Assembly: GCA_934749845.1 (NCBI GenBank)
Contig: CAKVHQ010000001.1
Location: forward strand, 11,750 to 75,749
DNA length: 64,000 nucleotides
Direction of reading: 5' to 3'
Origin: an uncultured Clostridia bacterium
GTDB lineage: Bacteria > Bacillota > Clostridia > Christensenellales > UBA1242
Position numbers and translations under genes: made by a program. A model generated the notes under the pieces. That model did no database searches. It was not told the DNA's origin and saw only the letters and a list, made by a program, of their open reading frames with translations. Positions 27,625-39,000 of the stretch are shown piece after piece. The first letter of the stretch is position 1, and each line of letters starts with the position of its first letter.

Positions 27625-29769
27625 CTAATTGTCACTTTTGTCCTTATTTTCATTAGTTTCATGAGTTTTTGGCTCTTGATTTGAATCATTGGAAGTTAAG
27701 TCTTTAAACTCTTGGTCTTGTGGAATTATTCCCTCTTTTTTCAAAGCATTAAATGCTTTTTCTTTCAATTCGTTTAATTTCTTTTCTTCACTTGATTTTT
27801 TTTCTTGTTTTTCTTTTTCAAGCATTTTGTTTTCTTTGCTTTCACGCCTACGCATCTTTTTAACTATGCTTTCAATAGACTTACCTTGCATAATATCGTC
27901 AACTTCATCTTGGAATACTGTTTCTTCTTTCAAAAGTAAGCCAGCAAGTGCATGGAGTTTATCAATATTCTCAGTCAAGATTTGTTTTGCTTGGTCATAA
28001 TTAGATTTTAATATTTTTTCCACTTCTTCGTCAATTAGTTTTGCAGTGGCTTCGGAATAAACGCTCTTTTCTTGATAATCTCTGCCAATAAACACTTCGC
28101 TTGTTGAACCAAGATTTATAAATCCAAGTTTACTGCTCATTCCAAATTGGGTAACCATTTTTCTTGCTAATTTTGTTGCTTGTTCAATATCGTTGCTTGC
28201 ACCTGTGGTGTAATCCTCAAAAATCAATTCTTCGGCAATTCTTCCACCCATAAATGATGCAATCATATTGTTTAATTTATTAACTGTTGAGTAGTTATCA
28301 TCGTTTTCTGGTCTACTCATTGTGTAGCCACCAGCCATGCCACGAGGCACGATGGAAACTTCTTGAACTTCGTCACAATATGGTAATAGTTTGTGAAGTA
28401 TTGCGTGACCAGATTCATGATATGCGGTTATCTTTCTATCTCTTTCGGTCATGACTTTGCTTCGTTTTTGAGGTCCCATCATAACTTTTGTTGAGGCTTC
28501 GCTCAAATCTTTCATGGTGATTCTTGGTCTATCATCTCTTACTGCCAAAATTGCTGCTTCGTTAAGAAGGTTAGCAAGGTCTGCTCCGCTAAAACCACTT
28601 GTGATTCTTGCGATGTTTTTAAAGTTAACATCATCTGTAAACTTTTTGTTTTTTGCGTGTACTTTTAAAATTGCTTCACGCTCGCCAACATCTGGCATGT
28701 TAACATAAATTTGTCTGTCAAATCTGCCTGGTCTTAAAAGTGCTGGGTCAAGAACATCTGGTCGGTTTGTTGCTGCAATAACAATTATTCCATCGTTGCT
28801 TTCAAAGCCGTCCATTTCAACAAGAAGTTGGTTGAGGGTTTGTTCTCTTTCATCGTTTCCACCACCCATTCCTGCGCCTCTTTGGCGACCAACAGCATCA
28901 ATTTCATCAATAAACACTATTGCTGGAGCGCTTCGTTTTGCTTGGTCAAACAAATCTCTAACACGACTTGCACCAACGCCTACGAACATTTCAACGAAAT
29001 CACTACCACTAATTTGGAAGAATGGAGCATGACATTCGCCTGCTACCGCTTTTGCGAGCATGGTTTTACCTGTTCCAGGAGGGCCAACAAGAAGTACGCC
29101 TTTAGGAATTTTTGCTCCCATTTCGGTAAACTTTCTGCCATTGCTTAAAAAGTCTACAACCTCTTTTAATTCGTATTTTTCTTCTTTTGCACCTGCAACA
29201 TCTGCAAAGCGAACGTTGCTAACTTCCATGTTGCGTGCTTTTGTTTTTCCAAAAGACAAACTCTTGTTGTTTGCACCCATAATGTTTTTAAACAAAATAA
29301 ATGCTATAATTAAAGTTAATACAAATGGAAGATATGGAAGTATTGTTTCAAGTAAACTTTCTTTTTGTGGTTTCCAGTCGTAATCAAAGCCTTCAACTGA
29401 TTGAATGACTGTTTCTGTAACATTCGTTGGGTCGTTAGGGTCGATTACAACATCTTTTTCTTGATTGTTTTTGTAACTAGCCATAAATTGTGTAAAGTCG
29501 GTTATCGAGCCAATAACAACATATTTATCGCCTTTGCCATTTTCAAATTGCTCGTCTGTTACTTTTGAGTCATTAACTAATTTTATTCTAACGGTAGAGC
29601 CAACGCCGTACGCTTTTTGCACTTCGCCTTTTCTAACCATTTCTTTAAATTCGCCATAGGTTATCATATTGTCGTTATTGGAATTTGAGGCAATAAAGAA
29701 TACTGCAAATATAACAACAACGATAAGAAGCGCTATAACAAAATTTCTGCTCTTTTTATCTTTGAACAT
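27625..29769 (-). CDS. ftsH: ATP-dependent zinc metalloprotease FtsH
   Basis: [30 protein letters not shown] region, HESGHA zinc site, and a long K/E-rich tail. Confidence 0.97.
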   Translation of the reverse strand: MFKDKKSRNFVIALLIVVVIFAVFFIASNSNNDNMITYGEFKEMVRKGEVQKAYGVGSTVRIKLVNDSKVTDEQFENGKGDKYVVIGSITDFTQFMASYKNNQEKDVVIDPNDPTNVTETVIQSVEGFDYDWKPQKESLLETILPYLPFVLTLIIAFILFKNIMGANNKSLSFGKTKARNMEVSNVRFADVAGAKEEKYELKEVVDFLSNGRKFTEMGAKIPKGVLLVGPPGTGKTMLAKAVAGECHAPFFQISGSDFVEMFVGVGASRVRDLFDQAKRSAPAIVFIDEIDAVGRQRGAGMGGGNDEREQTLNQLLVEMDGFESNDGIIVIAATNRPDVLDPALLRPGRFDRQIYVNMPDVGEREAILKVHAKNKKFTDDVNFKNIARITSGFSGADLANLLNEAAILAVRDDRPRITMKDLSEASTKVMMGPQKRSKVMTERDRKITAYHESGHAILHKLLPYCDEVQEVSIVPRGMAGGYTMSRPENDDNYSTVNKLNNMIASFMGGRIAEELIFEDYTTGASNDIEQATKLARKMVTQFGMSSKLGFINLGSTSEVFIGRDYQEKSVYSEATAKLIDEEVEKILKSNYDQAKQILTENIDKLHALAGLLLKEETVFQDEVDDIMQGKSIESIVKKMRRRESKENKMLEKEKQEKKSSEEKKLNELKEKAFNALKKEGIIPQDQEFKDLTSNDSNQEPKTHETNENKDKSDN

Positions 29770-30013
29770 AATTTCCTCCGTCTAACCCTATAATATTAGC
29801 ATAAGTTTATTAAAAATAACAAATTATTTTTATTGACTATAACTTTTTTTGTCTTGTTTGTTCATTTTTTACTTACTTTTTGGCAAAAATGTCCAACAAA
29901 AAGCCAAAAGTGTCCAAAAATTATATAATAATGTATATAATATGTATATATATAAAAAATTACATAATAATTAAAAATACGTAAAACTAACAATAAAAAT
30001 GGAAATAATAGTA

Positions 30014-30041
30014 TTGCAAAAAGTTTTTTGTGTGCTAAAAT
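30014..30041 (+). promoter_or_regulatory. Extended -10 promoter candidate for cvpA
   Basis: TTGCAA, 16-nt spacer ending in TGc, then TAAAAT. Confidence 0.5.
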
Positions 30042-30065
30042 AATTTTAATTAAGGAGAAAATGCC

Positions 30066-30788
30066 GTGAGTGTTTTAGACATAATTGTCGTTGCTATACT
30101 TGTAATATTTGCAGTCTTTGGCTTAATTAAAGGCTTTTTAAACACCCTGCTTTCTCTTTTTGGAAATTTGGCTTCGCTGGCAGTTGCCATAGTAATAGTA
30201 AAGCCTTGCACAAAATTTTTAGACAATATATTTCACATTATTAGTTGGCTTGGAAATTTAATAATTAAAGGTGTTCAAAACGCAAATGTTTTGCCAGACC
30301 TAACATCAAGCACAATGACCAGTGATGAAGTGATTTCGCACCTAAACGGAACAAACAACTTGATTGGAAAACTAACTTCGTTTTTTGTTGATAAAGATGT
30401 TGTTTTTGGTTTTGAGGCAACCGATTTAACAGCAACTTTAACGCTTAATATGGGAAAATTCGCCGGAATGGTTTTTACGGTTATTGTAATGTTTATACTA
30501 TTACGAATCGCTGTTTTAATTTTAACAAAAGTGTTTAACGCAATAACAAAAAAGAACGCTTTGGGCGGAATTGATAGAATTTTAGGACTTGTTTTTGGCG
30601 TTGTAAAAGGAGCATTATATGTGGCAGGAATTTTATCCATAGTTTATGCACTATCGCCACTGCTACCTAATCTTGATGGTTTGATTCAATCTTCAAACTT
30701 CACAAACTTCTTATACGGGTATGTAAACAAGTTTGTTAACTGGCTAATTACAACAGTCGACTGGAAGTCGCTAGTTCAAATAAAATAA
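30066..30788 (+). CDS. cvpA: CvpA-family membrane protein
   Basis: GTG start after the RBS taaggagaaaatgcc. The N-terminus LDIIVVAILVIFAVFGLIKGFLNTLLSL is typical of CvpA. Confidence 0.75.
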   Translation: MSVLDIIVVAILVIFAVFGLIKGFLNTLLSLFGNLASLAVAIVIVKPCTKFLDNIFHIISWLGNLIIKGVQNANVLPDLTSSTMTSDEVISHLNGTNNLIGKLTSFFVDKDVVFGFEATDLTATLTLNMGKFAGMVFTVIVMFILLRIAVLILTKVFNAITKKNALGGIDRILGLVFGVVKGALYVAGILSIVYALSPLLPNLDGLIQSSNFTNFLYGYVNKFVNWLITTVDWKSLVQIK

Positions 30789-30817
30789 AAAACTCTGTTT
30801 AGCACAGAGTTTTTTTA
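30786..30817. terminator. Bidirectional terminator (ends cvpA and the minus-strand fibre operon)
   Basis: aaaaaactctgt ttagc acagagttttttt. Confidence 0.8.
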
Positions 30818-30833
30818 TAATCAATAAGTGTCA

Positions 30834-31517
30834 TTATGCATTAGGCCAATTTGATGGAGCAGTGCTGTTCCATGATTCATAGCCCTTGTTTGCCGATTGA
30901 ATTGCTTCAATTTCGATTTGAACATATGCATTACTTAAATTATCTTGGGTTAAGTCTTTTGAGAAATGAATGTGCAAAGGAATGTATTGGCTAAGAACGC
31001 CACCATCAGCACCATTCAAAACAACCTCTTTATCACAATAGTATTTGCCATCTGTTCCTGCTCTCCAATACGAGCCAAGAAAATCAGTTATATTGTCTTT
31101 ATATGCTGAATTTGTGTTTGTCCAATATGTTGCTGTGTCGGCAACCTTAATTGTTGCCAAACTGCTAATTGAGCCACCGTTATAAAACGAAAATTTTATT
31201 CTTAAATAATAGTTTTCGCTTCGGTTTTCGGTTGTGTTGGCTAGTTCCAATGTTTTGTAAACATCATCTCTTGCAACTTCGTCGGCAGTGAGTGTAAATT
31301 TAAATACATTCCCCGCAATCGTTTCGCCATTATCAGTTTCCTTAATTGAAGGTTTAACCGAAATATAGCCAAATTTTAAAGTTATATCTTTAATGCTAGC
31401 AAATTTACTGTCCGTAAAGTATGCCATAGTAAAGTTAATAATTGATGAGAGCGCCAATAAAACAGCAATAATAATTATCGCCAAATTTTGATAACTTATT
31501 TTTTTGCTTGTTTTCAT
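30834..31517 (-). CDS. TasA/camelysin-like secreted protein with a SipW-cognate signal peptide (subunit B)
   Basis: MKTSKKISYQNLAIIIIAVLLALSSIINFTMAYFTDSKF. An h-region is followed by the A-Y-F-T-D signature. 227 aa, beta-rich. Confidence 0.6.
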   Translation of the reverse strand: MKTSKKISYQNLAIIIIAVLLALSSIINFTMAYFTDSKFASIKDITLKFGYISVKPSIKETDNGETIAGNVFKFTLTADEVARDDVYKTLELANTTENRSENYYLRIKFSFYNGGSISSLATIKVADTATYWTNTNSAYKDNITDFLGSYWRAGTDGKYYCDKEVVLNGADGGVLSQYIPLHIHFSKDLTQDNLSNAYVQIEIEAIQSANKGYESWNSTAPSNWPNA

Positions 31518-31530
31518 CTGTCCCCCTCCT

Positions 31531-32358
31531 TTAACTTAATAAATCTCTTTGTGACTTAATGCTTTGCACCCAACTGTCTGGGGCGCGATGTGCATCGTTA
31601 TCTGTCGTTGTCCACAATCCTTCAAAAGCAACGCCATTTTCTGTTCCGCCAAGTGTTTTATCGCTTATTGAAGCGGACTCTGCCGTCAACTTTATTTGTG
31701 CCACTTTTCCATCATAAGCGCTTCCACCAGAAAATGTAAATCCGCTTAAAGCAAGAATTGGCGAAGTTTGAGTTTCCAAATTTACAATATTGTTATAGTA
31801 GTAGTAAGTTGGGATTTTGCTTAAGTCAACCCCAAAAAGTTTTGCCAAGTCGGTTTCGCTAACATTTAGGCTTTCAAGTTCTGCAACTGTTTTGCCTGAT
31901 TTTGCAGAAATATATTCTAGTGTTGCCATTGAACTAGCTTCGCCTCTTACCCAACTGCCTTCTCCAGCATAAGTTGGAGTTAAAACGCCAAGGCTTTGTT
32001 TTGTAAGTTCGCTATCAATAACAAACTTTCCGTCTACCATTGTTCCCCATTGAACATTAACCATGAATCTAACAAGTTCATATTTAATGTTGTTTTTGTT
32101 TGAAGGAAATTGAATGTAAATTTCGCTAGAATCGTCAGCCGAACTCCAAGTTAAGGAGTTATCTGCAATTTCTGTATATGTACTTCCATTTTTCTTTACT
32201 AAAACTGGTTGAACCACTGGCTTTTCTAAATCTCCTTTTATAGTTTGATAGTCGGTGAACCAAGCACCAGTGAAAGATAAAACGCTAACAAAAATGGTCA
32301 ACGCACATAGCATGACAGTCAAATATCTATATAAACTATTATTTGAACGCTTTTCCAT
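31531..32358 (-). CDS. TasA/camelysin-like secreted protein with a SipW-cognate signal peptide (subunit A)
   Basis: LTVMLCALTIFVSVLSFTGAWFTDYQTIKGD has the same AxFTD signature. 275 aa. Confidence 0.6.
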   Translation of the reverse strand: MEKRSNNSLYRYLTVMLCALTIFVSVLSFTGAWFTDYQTIKGDLEKPVVQPVLVKKNGSTYTEIADNSLTWSSADDSSEIYIQFPSNKNNIKYELVRFMVNVQWGTMVDGKFVIDSELTKQSLGVLTPTYAGEGSWVRGEASSMATLEYISAKSGKTVAELESLNVSETDLAKLFGVDLSKIPTYYYYNNIVNLETQTSPILALSGFTFSGGSAYDGKVAQIKLTAESASISDKTLGGTENGVAFEGLWTTTDNDAHRAPDSWVQSIKSQRDLLS

Positions 32359-32366
32359 TTTTGCTC

Positions 32367-33017
32367 CTAATATGCTCTTTCGTAATCAGTTTCAAATTTA
32401 GTAAATCTAACACCTATATAGAAAATTATAGCATAAACAATTATTTGTAAAAAATTATTTCGCAAGAAAAATAAAAATTTGCCTAAATTTGAAAATGAAT
32501 AAATAACTTTTCCTAAAAGTTGAGAGTAATTAACCTTATCCAAAAGTGGACCACTTGTATAGTAGGCATCATCGCCTTGATTTTCGGGTAATTGTTTCCA
32601 TTCATCGTAACCCTTTTTAACATCCGCAATAGAATTTGGATTTGTAAGCATTGTTAAAATTTGGCATCTTGAATCAACTGTTCTTTCAAATTTCATACCA
32701 CAATGTTCAAAACGAACAGTCGAACCTGCCTCGATATACTCGCCTTTTGGTGCGATGTAAACAATTTGGTGAGTTGTGTATTGAACTTTTCCGCTATCAC
32801 TAGTTTTAAATGTTATGTAATCGCCCACCTTTAGTTCATCATACGAGCAATGATAATCCAAAACCATACTATATTTGGATATTTTTGGCTCAGAACTATC
32901 GCCCACTACCAGGCTAGCCCTAAAGCCAAAAATATATCCAAACACTAGCATGAAAATGAATGCAAATAGAAGACACTTTAATATTGTTCCAATGATCCAT
33001 GAAGCTGTCTTTTTCAT
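32367..33017 (-). CDS. sipW: SipW-type (S26B, ER/archaeal-like) signal peptidase I
   Basis: The start is re-set to MKKTASW (ATG at 33017, RBS aaaggagaatgt). It has an N-terminal TM helix, VVGDSSEP (box B Ser), TTHQIV (box D His), QGDDAYY (box E-like) and the C-terminal TM helix typical of SipW. Confidence 0.65.
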   Translation of the reverse strand: MKKTASWIIGTILKCLLFAFIFMLVFGYIFGFRASLVVGDSSEPKISKYSMVLDYHCSYDELKVGDYITFKTSDSGKVQYTTHQIVYIAPKGEYIEAGSTVRFEHCGMKFERTVDSRCQILTMLTNPNSIADVKKGYDEWKQLPENQGDDAYYTSGPLLDKVNYSQLLGKVIYSFSNLGKFLFFLRNNFLQIIVYAIIFYIGVRFTKFETDYERAY

Positions 33018-33027
33018 ACATTCTCCT

Positions 33028-36000
33028 TTAATGTTCTCCAACAGTAAGTCCAAAACTATTTCTTACTGCCACTTTTAATTGTTCTAAATTATAACCCGTT
33101 TTTGTTTTGCTGTATTCAACAACATTTCCAAATTGTGATATGTTGTTTCCCATATTCTTAACCATAGAATCACTTAAAATGTAAACACGATAGCCACTGT
33201 CAACATCCATATATAGCGATTTGTTTTCGCCCATAATTGTGCCGACATTAGCAATAGCAGATGTTCCGCTTAATTCGTATGCAACATTAGAGATTGTATA
33301 GCAATTTTGTACGTTTGATGCTTCTCTGTTGTAAGCAACTAAACCACCAACGAATACATCAATATTTATTGTTGTTAGACCAAAGATTTGAGTTTTTGAA
33401 GCAATTAAGTCATCACTAGAATAATCTCTGTTCGAGTTATCGTTAAAGCAATAACTAATTGTGCCACGGCTGTTATAAGCAACCACACCGCCAGCATAAG
33501 CGCCTTGTGAAACTTTGTTTGCGCTTCTTGATTGAGCAAACACATTTCCAAAGTTTCCACAATAAGAAATTGAAGATGTGTTCAATCCGCAAATTCCGCC
33601 AGACATGTTGGAGAAGATTTGAGTTTTTGATGTTCCAGTTCCGCCAACATAGCCATAGTTATAGCAATAACTAATTGTTCCGCTGTTTTCGCCAGCAATA
33701 CCGCCACTTCTAACTTCAGCATAGTCGTTTCTTGGTGCAATTAAAGCATAAGATTCACAATTTGTGATAGTTCCAAGATTGTATCCGCAAATTCCACCCA
33801 CTCTTGAATAATATTGGTCTGTTGTTGCGTATGGGCTGATTGAACTTGTGCCGTCGTAAACATACTGTCCGTTTTCTTGCTTGCAACCAACTTTTACATT
33901 GATAATTTGTCCTTCGTTTTTGCCAACAATTCCGCCAACATTGCTTCCGTTAGTGATAATTATATTTTGTACAATTACATTTTTAATAATTCCTGATTTT
34001 CCAACATAGTCGAAAATCGAACTATTTTCAGCAACATAAGATAAGGTTATGTTATAGAGCATTTTACCGTTGCCGTTAAATGAACCAGTAAATTGCTCGA
34101 TTTCGCTTCCTATTGGATAGATAACTGAATTTGCAAAATTTATTCCTTGTGAAAGCGAGTCGTTTTTAGATAATGCATAGTGTGCTGTTAAGTTATATCT
34201 AATATAGTTAAATGTTGAAACTGAATCAACTATGAATGGGTCATCTTCTGTTCCAATTCCGCCACTAAACAAGTTGTAGTTATATGCATTTGTGTAGTCA
34301 ATTTCTGGCGATTTTATTGTTGTAATATCACTGCCAGAGCCAATAATTAAGGTAGAAATAACTTTAAATCTATAGTATCCCTTTTGAGTTACATAAGCAT
34401 GACAGTTGGAGGTTGTGATTTCTGTTCTATCTTCTCCCCAATTATCTTCTGTGATGCTGTTGATGTCTGTTATTCCAAGTTTGTTTGCTTTTTCAAGACT
34501 TATGAATTGATAAATTAGAACATAGTTTGATTGATTATCGCCAACTTTAACTTCATTCCATTTTACTTTTCCTGTAAAGTTATTGTTTTCGTCTATAACA
34601 ACTTCCATTGTTGGAGTTTCTGGAATAATGATTGATAATGGCTCGCAGAATTGAGAATCAATAAATTTATCTTGTCCTAAATATTTAACGCTAAATTGAA
34701 TTTCTGCTCCACTTGTTAATGGAATATTTTCAATTTGTTTTGGAATGTTGTAGCAAACTTTATTACCTTCAAGTGATTGATTATCAAGGGTTAAACTTAT
34801 CTCTTGAACTTTTTCCTTGATTGTGATTTTAAGTTTTAATTGATATTTTGGTTCGTCGTATCCAGATTTATTTAACGCATCAAAAGTAAATTTACCCAAG
34901 TATTCTTCTTCACTTGTATATTCTATTTTTGAGTTTGTTGGAGCGTTAAGTTTTTCAATAGTATAAACTTCGGTTGGTGTTCCACAAATATTTCCAACGC
35001 TAAACGAGTTAGATGTGTCGCCGATAGTTTGCAAGTAAACATTATATGTTCCTGCTGGGTATTTTTCGCCGTCAAAATCAAAACTGTTTTGGCTGTTTGA
35101 CAAGATAATTGGTTCATTATACACACTGCTACTGCTTGATTTAATATATAATGCCAAGCCGTTTGGTGCGTCGCCAGAAGCAGTTATTGCTTGCCATGTT
35201 AATTTGCCTGCGCTAATTTTAACATTTTTTGGAGTTACTAATTTTCTAAATGTTTTAACTGTTGAGAAGTTACTATTTAAGTAAGTTCTATTTGTTCCAA
35301 TAGACTTGATTTTTATTGAATAATCTCCGTTGCCAAGAGTTATTTTTTCGCCTGTGATTGTTGTTAATTCTCCACTAATATCAAATGAGGTTACCCCTTC
35401 TGGCATTTTAACTTCGTAATTATAACTTGAGCCAGAAATTTGAATTTGATAAGTGTTTGCGTTTTCAATATAATTCCAATTTAAAATTCCATCTTTTAAG
35501 TAAAGTGTTGGACTATCAAGTTTTGTTACTTCGCTTGGAGTAATTTCATTTGAAATTTCACTGTTGATATATTTTGTTCCACCCATTGCTTGCAAGTTAA
35601 ATGAATATTTTCCTGCGCCAAATTTTTCGGCAAGTTCGTATTCAAAGTAAGAGCCTAATTTGTCAATAGTGATATTTTCCTTATCCACTTTGCTATTGTG
35701 ACTTACGAGAAGTTGGAAGTATTCTGGAGTGCTATCACAATCGAAATTCAATAATCCTTCGTTAACATGCAAGTTTGTTGGTGTTTCAAGTTTAATAAAA
35801 CTACCATAATCTTTTTCGCTTAAAGCACTTATATAAATCTTGTTGTTATAGTTAGAACTTGTGTTTCCTAGAACTTGAACTTTTATGTTATATTCGCCAG
35901 CAGTGAACTTACGATTATTGTTAAGTGTCATGCCATATTCATTTAAATTTCCACTTAAAATGGTAGTAAATTCTTCGCCATCTTTAGTGAAGATGAATTT

Positions 36001-39000
36001 ATAACTAACCGCATTTGGATTTTTTGCCCAACTAAGCACACCATTGCTTATTGAGAGTTCGATGTCGTTTAAGATGTTGATTGAAAGCTCGTCGCAATAG
36101 TCACTGTAAATATAGTTGTTTGTTGTTGTAACGCTTCTTACTTTCGCAATGTACGTTCCGTTTGTTATGCCCTTAGTTACAAGATAATTTTGAGTAAAGT
36201 TAAATTTTGTGTTTGTGCCAACTGCAAAAATTTCACCTTCACTGTCTAACTTTCCAGCTTCCTTAATTAAAACTTCATATCCGCTAACATTTGAGTTTAA
36301 CGAACGAGTCCAACTTAACATATAATTGGAAGCAGTCAAGTCGTCATTTAGCTCATAATCCATTCTAAAGCCATATGGGGTTTCAAGTTTAGTAAATTCA
36401 ATATAATCACTGTAATCAGCAATTAAGTCAGTTTGGTGTCCCCAGTTGCCTATAACTGGTAAATCTTCTTGATAGATATTTATTGGCAAGGTTAAAATTC
36501 TAATTTTGTATGTTCCATCAATAAATTTGATAGGGTCGGTTGCGTTTATATCAAATTCTCTTATGTCGTTAAAGTTTACTGATTTAACCTTATTAACTTC
36601 GGCAAAAGTAGTTTCATCAACTCCATTACTTAAAATTTTAGAGAAATTATAAGGAGAATATAAGTTTCCGTTAATTTCTACTGCATAAACTACTCTTAAA
36701 TTTTTTGGGAAATTTGTGATTGCCCCTGTTATTGCATCATTTGCTTTGTTATAATCCGAACTCCAAGAAATTGTGCCATCATTACTTACTTTTAAATTTG
36801 TGGCTTTTTTTAGTTTTTCAAATTCAATTGACTCGCTATATCCACTATCTATAATTTCTTTTGAATTGCCATAAGCCTCAATAGAAATTTTATATTTCCC
36901 GGCTTCGTTTGGAAGTTCAAATGTGTTTACATTTTTTACATCAAGTTCAATAACTTGCCCATTTTTCTCTGCTTTAAGGTTATATCCCATAGCCTTAACG
37001 ATTCCAACTGATGAAGTGTCCCAAGTTAAATAGCCAAGCATGTCGTTAATATTAAAAATGTTATCATTTATAGCACTAGTTGCCTTTAGTGTTGGCTTTG
37101 AAAGTTTGTAGAAAACAAAGTTTGCAGAATATGGACTATTTAAAACTAGGTTATCGTTTATTCCACTTGTTGTTCCAATAATTCTAACCCTAGCAGAATA
37201 TTCTCCGCTTGATACATCATCCAAAGTAAAGTCTTTTGAATGGTTTGTTCCCATATCTAAAACTTTGTTGAATGATTCAACATCTTTATTGTTACTTGAA
37301 AAAGATAACTCTAATTGGAAATATGAACCTTTATATGCTTCGTTTAATTCGTCCCACGACAAAATGCCTTTTTCAAGTTTTAAATTTGATGGGGCTTGTG
37401 CGTTTGTAACAACTAATACATTTGAAAGTTCGCTTGTTATATGTTCGTTATCTTGACCATAAACCCTTGCACTAATTTCGGTTTGAGTTGCATTTATATT
37501 TTTTCTGCTTTCCAAAACTGAGCCACCTGCTGTGTCATCAGCTGAAAAACTTACTTCGCCATTTTCAAGTTTTACGACCGGTGCAGAATATTTTGTTACA
37601 GTTAAAACAGAAGAAAAGTTTGAATCACATGTGCCAACGGTGTATTTATCGCCACTTTTTGATGCGTTTCCACCAAGTGCTTTAACCTTTACGCTATATG
37701 TTCCAGCATCATATCCATCAAAAGTGAATTGATTAAGTTTCTCAACATTTTGGTCTGTTCCGTTAATTGAAAGAACATAACTTGAGAAATCTTGATTACT
37801 TTCCATTTCCCAGTTAAGCACACCATTTTGAACATAAACCACTGGAGATGAAAGTTTAACACCATAGCCAAGTTTAGATTTATCGCTTGTTAATGTTTTT
37901 TTAGTGCTATCGCCAACTGCCGTAACTTTGAACGAAAATTCCATTGCCTCCATATCGGCAGGAAGTGTGAAACTATTTGTATAAACTGTTTCTAAAATTG
38001 TTTGTTCACCAAAAAATTCAATATTGTAACTAGATGCATTAGGATTTGCATTCCAACTTAACACATTATTGCTTAAACTAAAAGATGTTAAATCTGGTGC
38101 TTCTAGTTTAGAAACTGTAATTGGCAATGTAAATTCGCTGTCGACAGTGTTTTCAGCATCACTTACGCTTGCAATTTTGATAATATAATCTCCGCTAAAC
38201 TTATCGCCAGAAAAATCAAAAGTTACTTTATTGTTTTCTTGTGTTGGTTGGTCTATGTAAAAGTATGGATTTACGCTTTTATCTGTATTATAAAAATCGT
38301 CTGTGTAAAGCTTGCCGTTAAACATGCCCATGAAAATTAAGTGATAAGAAACTGCGTTTGCATCTCTATCCCATGTTACCATTCCATCTTCAACTCTTAA
38401 ATTAGTTGGAGTGGCAAGTTTTCTTACTGTTTTTGAAGCGGAAAAATCACTTGATATTGTGTTAATTCCATCACCGATTGCTCTTATTTTATATGTGTGA
38501 TTACCCACAGCTATGTTTTCAGGCAAAGCATAGTGATTTTGTGCTGTGCTTGCAATCACATTTTCTTGACCATCAACAATTTCAACAATCTCGTAACCCT
38601 TTGTAAGTTGTTCGGTTAGGCTTGGAGTGTCCCAATAAAAGATTTTGCTAAAAACAAAATTTTCTGGAGCAGAAAGTTTTGTTACTTTAATTTCAACTGG
38701 TTTTGAATCGAAAACATAGCATGTAACATTACCTTCGCTGTCAGTTATATTTTCGCCAATGGCTCTAATAGAAAAAGTGTAAGTTCCTTTGTTAACAAAA
38801 TCGTAGTTAAAACTTGTTACGCTTGAATCTACAATTTCTTCCCTCAAAACACCAATTTTATATTTATATGAACTTGCACTTTCAACTTTGTCCCACGAGA
38901 ATGTTCCGTTTTGATGTTTAAAATTTTGAACGCTGTTTAAAACTTTGAATGTGTAGGAATTTGAATAGTCAGAGTCCTTACCGCTAATAATTGAATTTGC

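Noticed and set aside
27689-29383. A run of plus-strand ORFs (64-107 aa) opposite ftsH. Similar sets lie opposite alaS (5467-6731), secA (16745-18703), the permease (24056-24964) and the giant adhesin gene.
   Set aside because: Each is embedded antisense in a gene with unmistakable family motifs. This is typical of spurious ORFs in AT-rich genomes.
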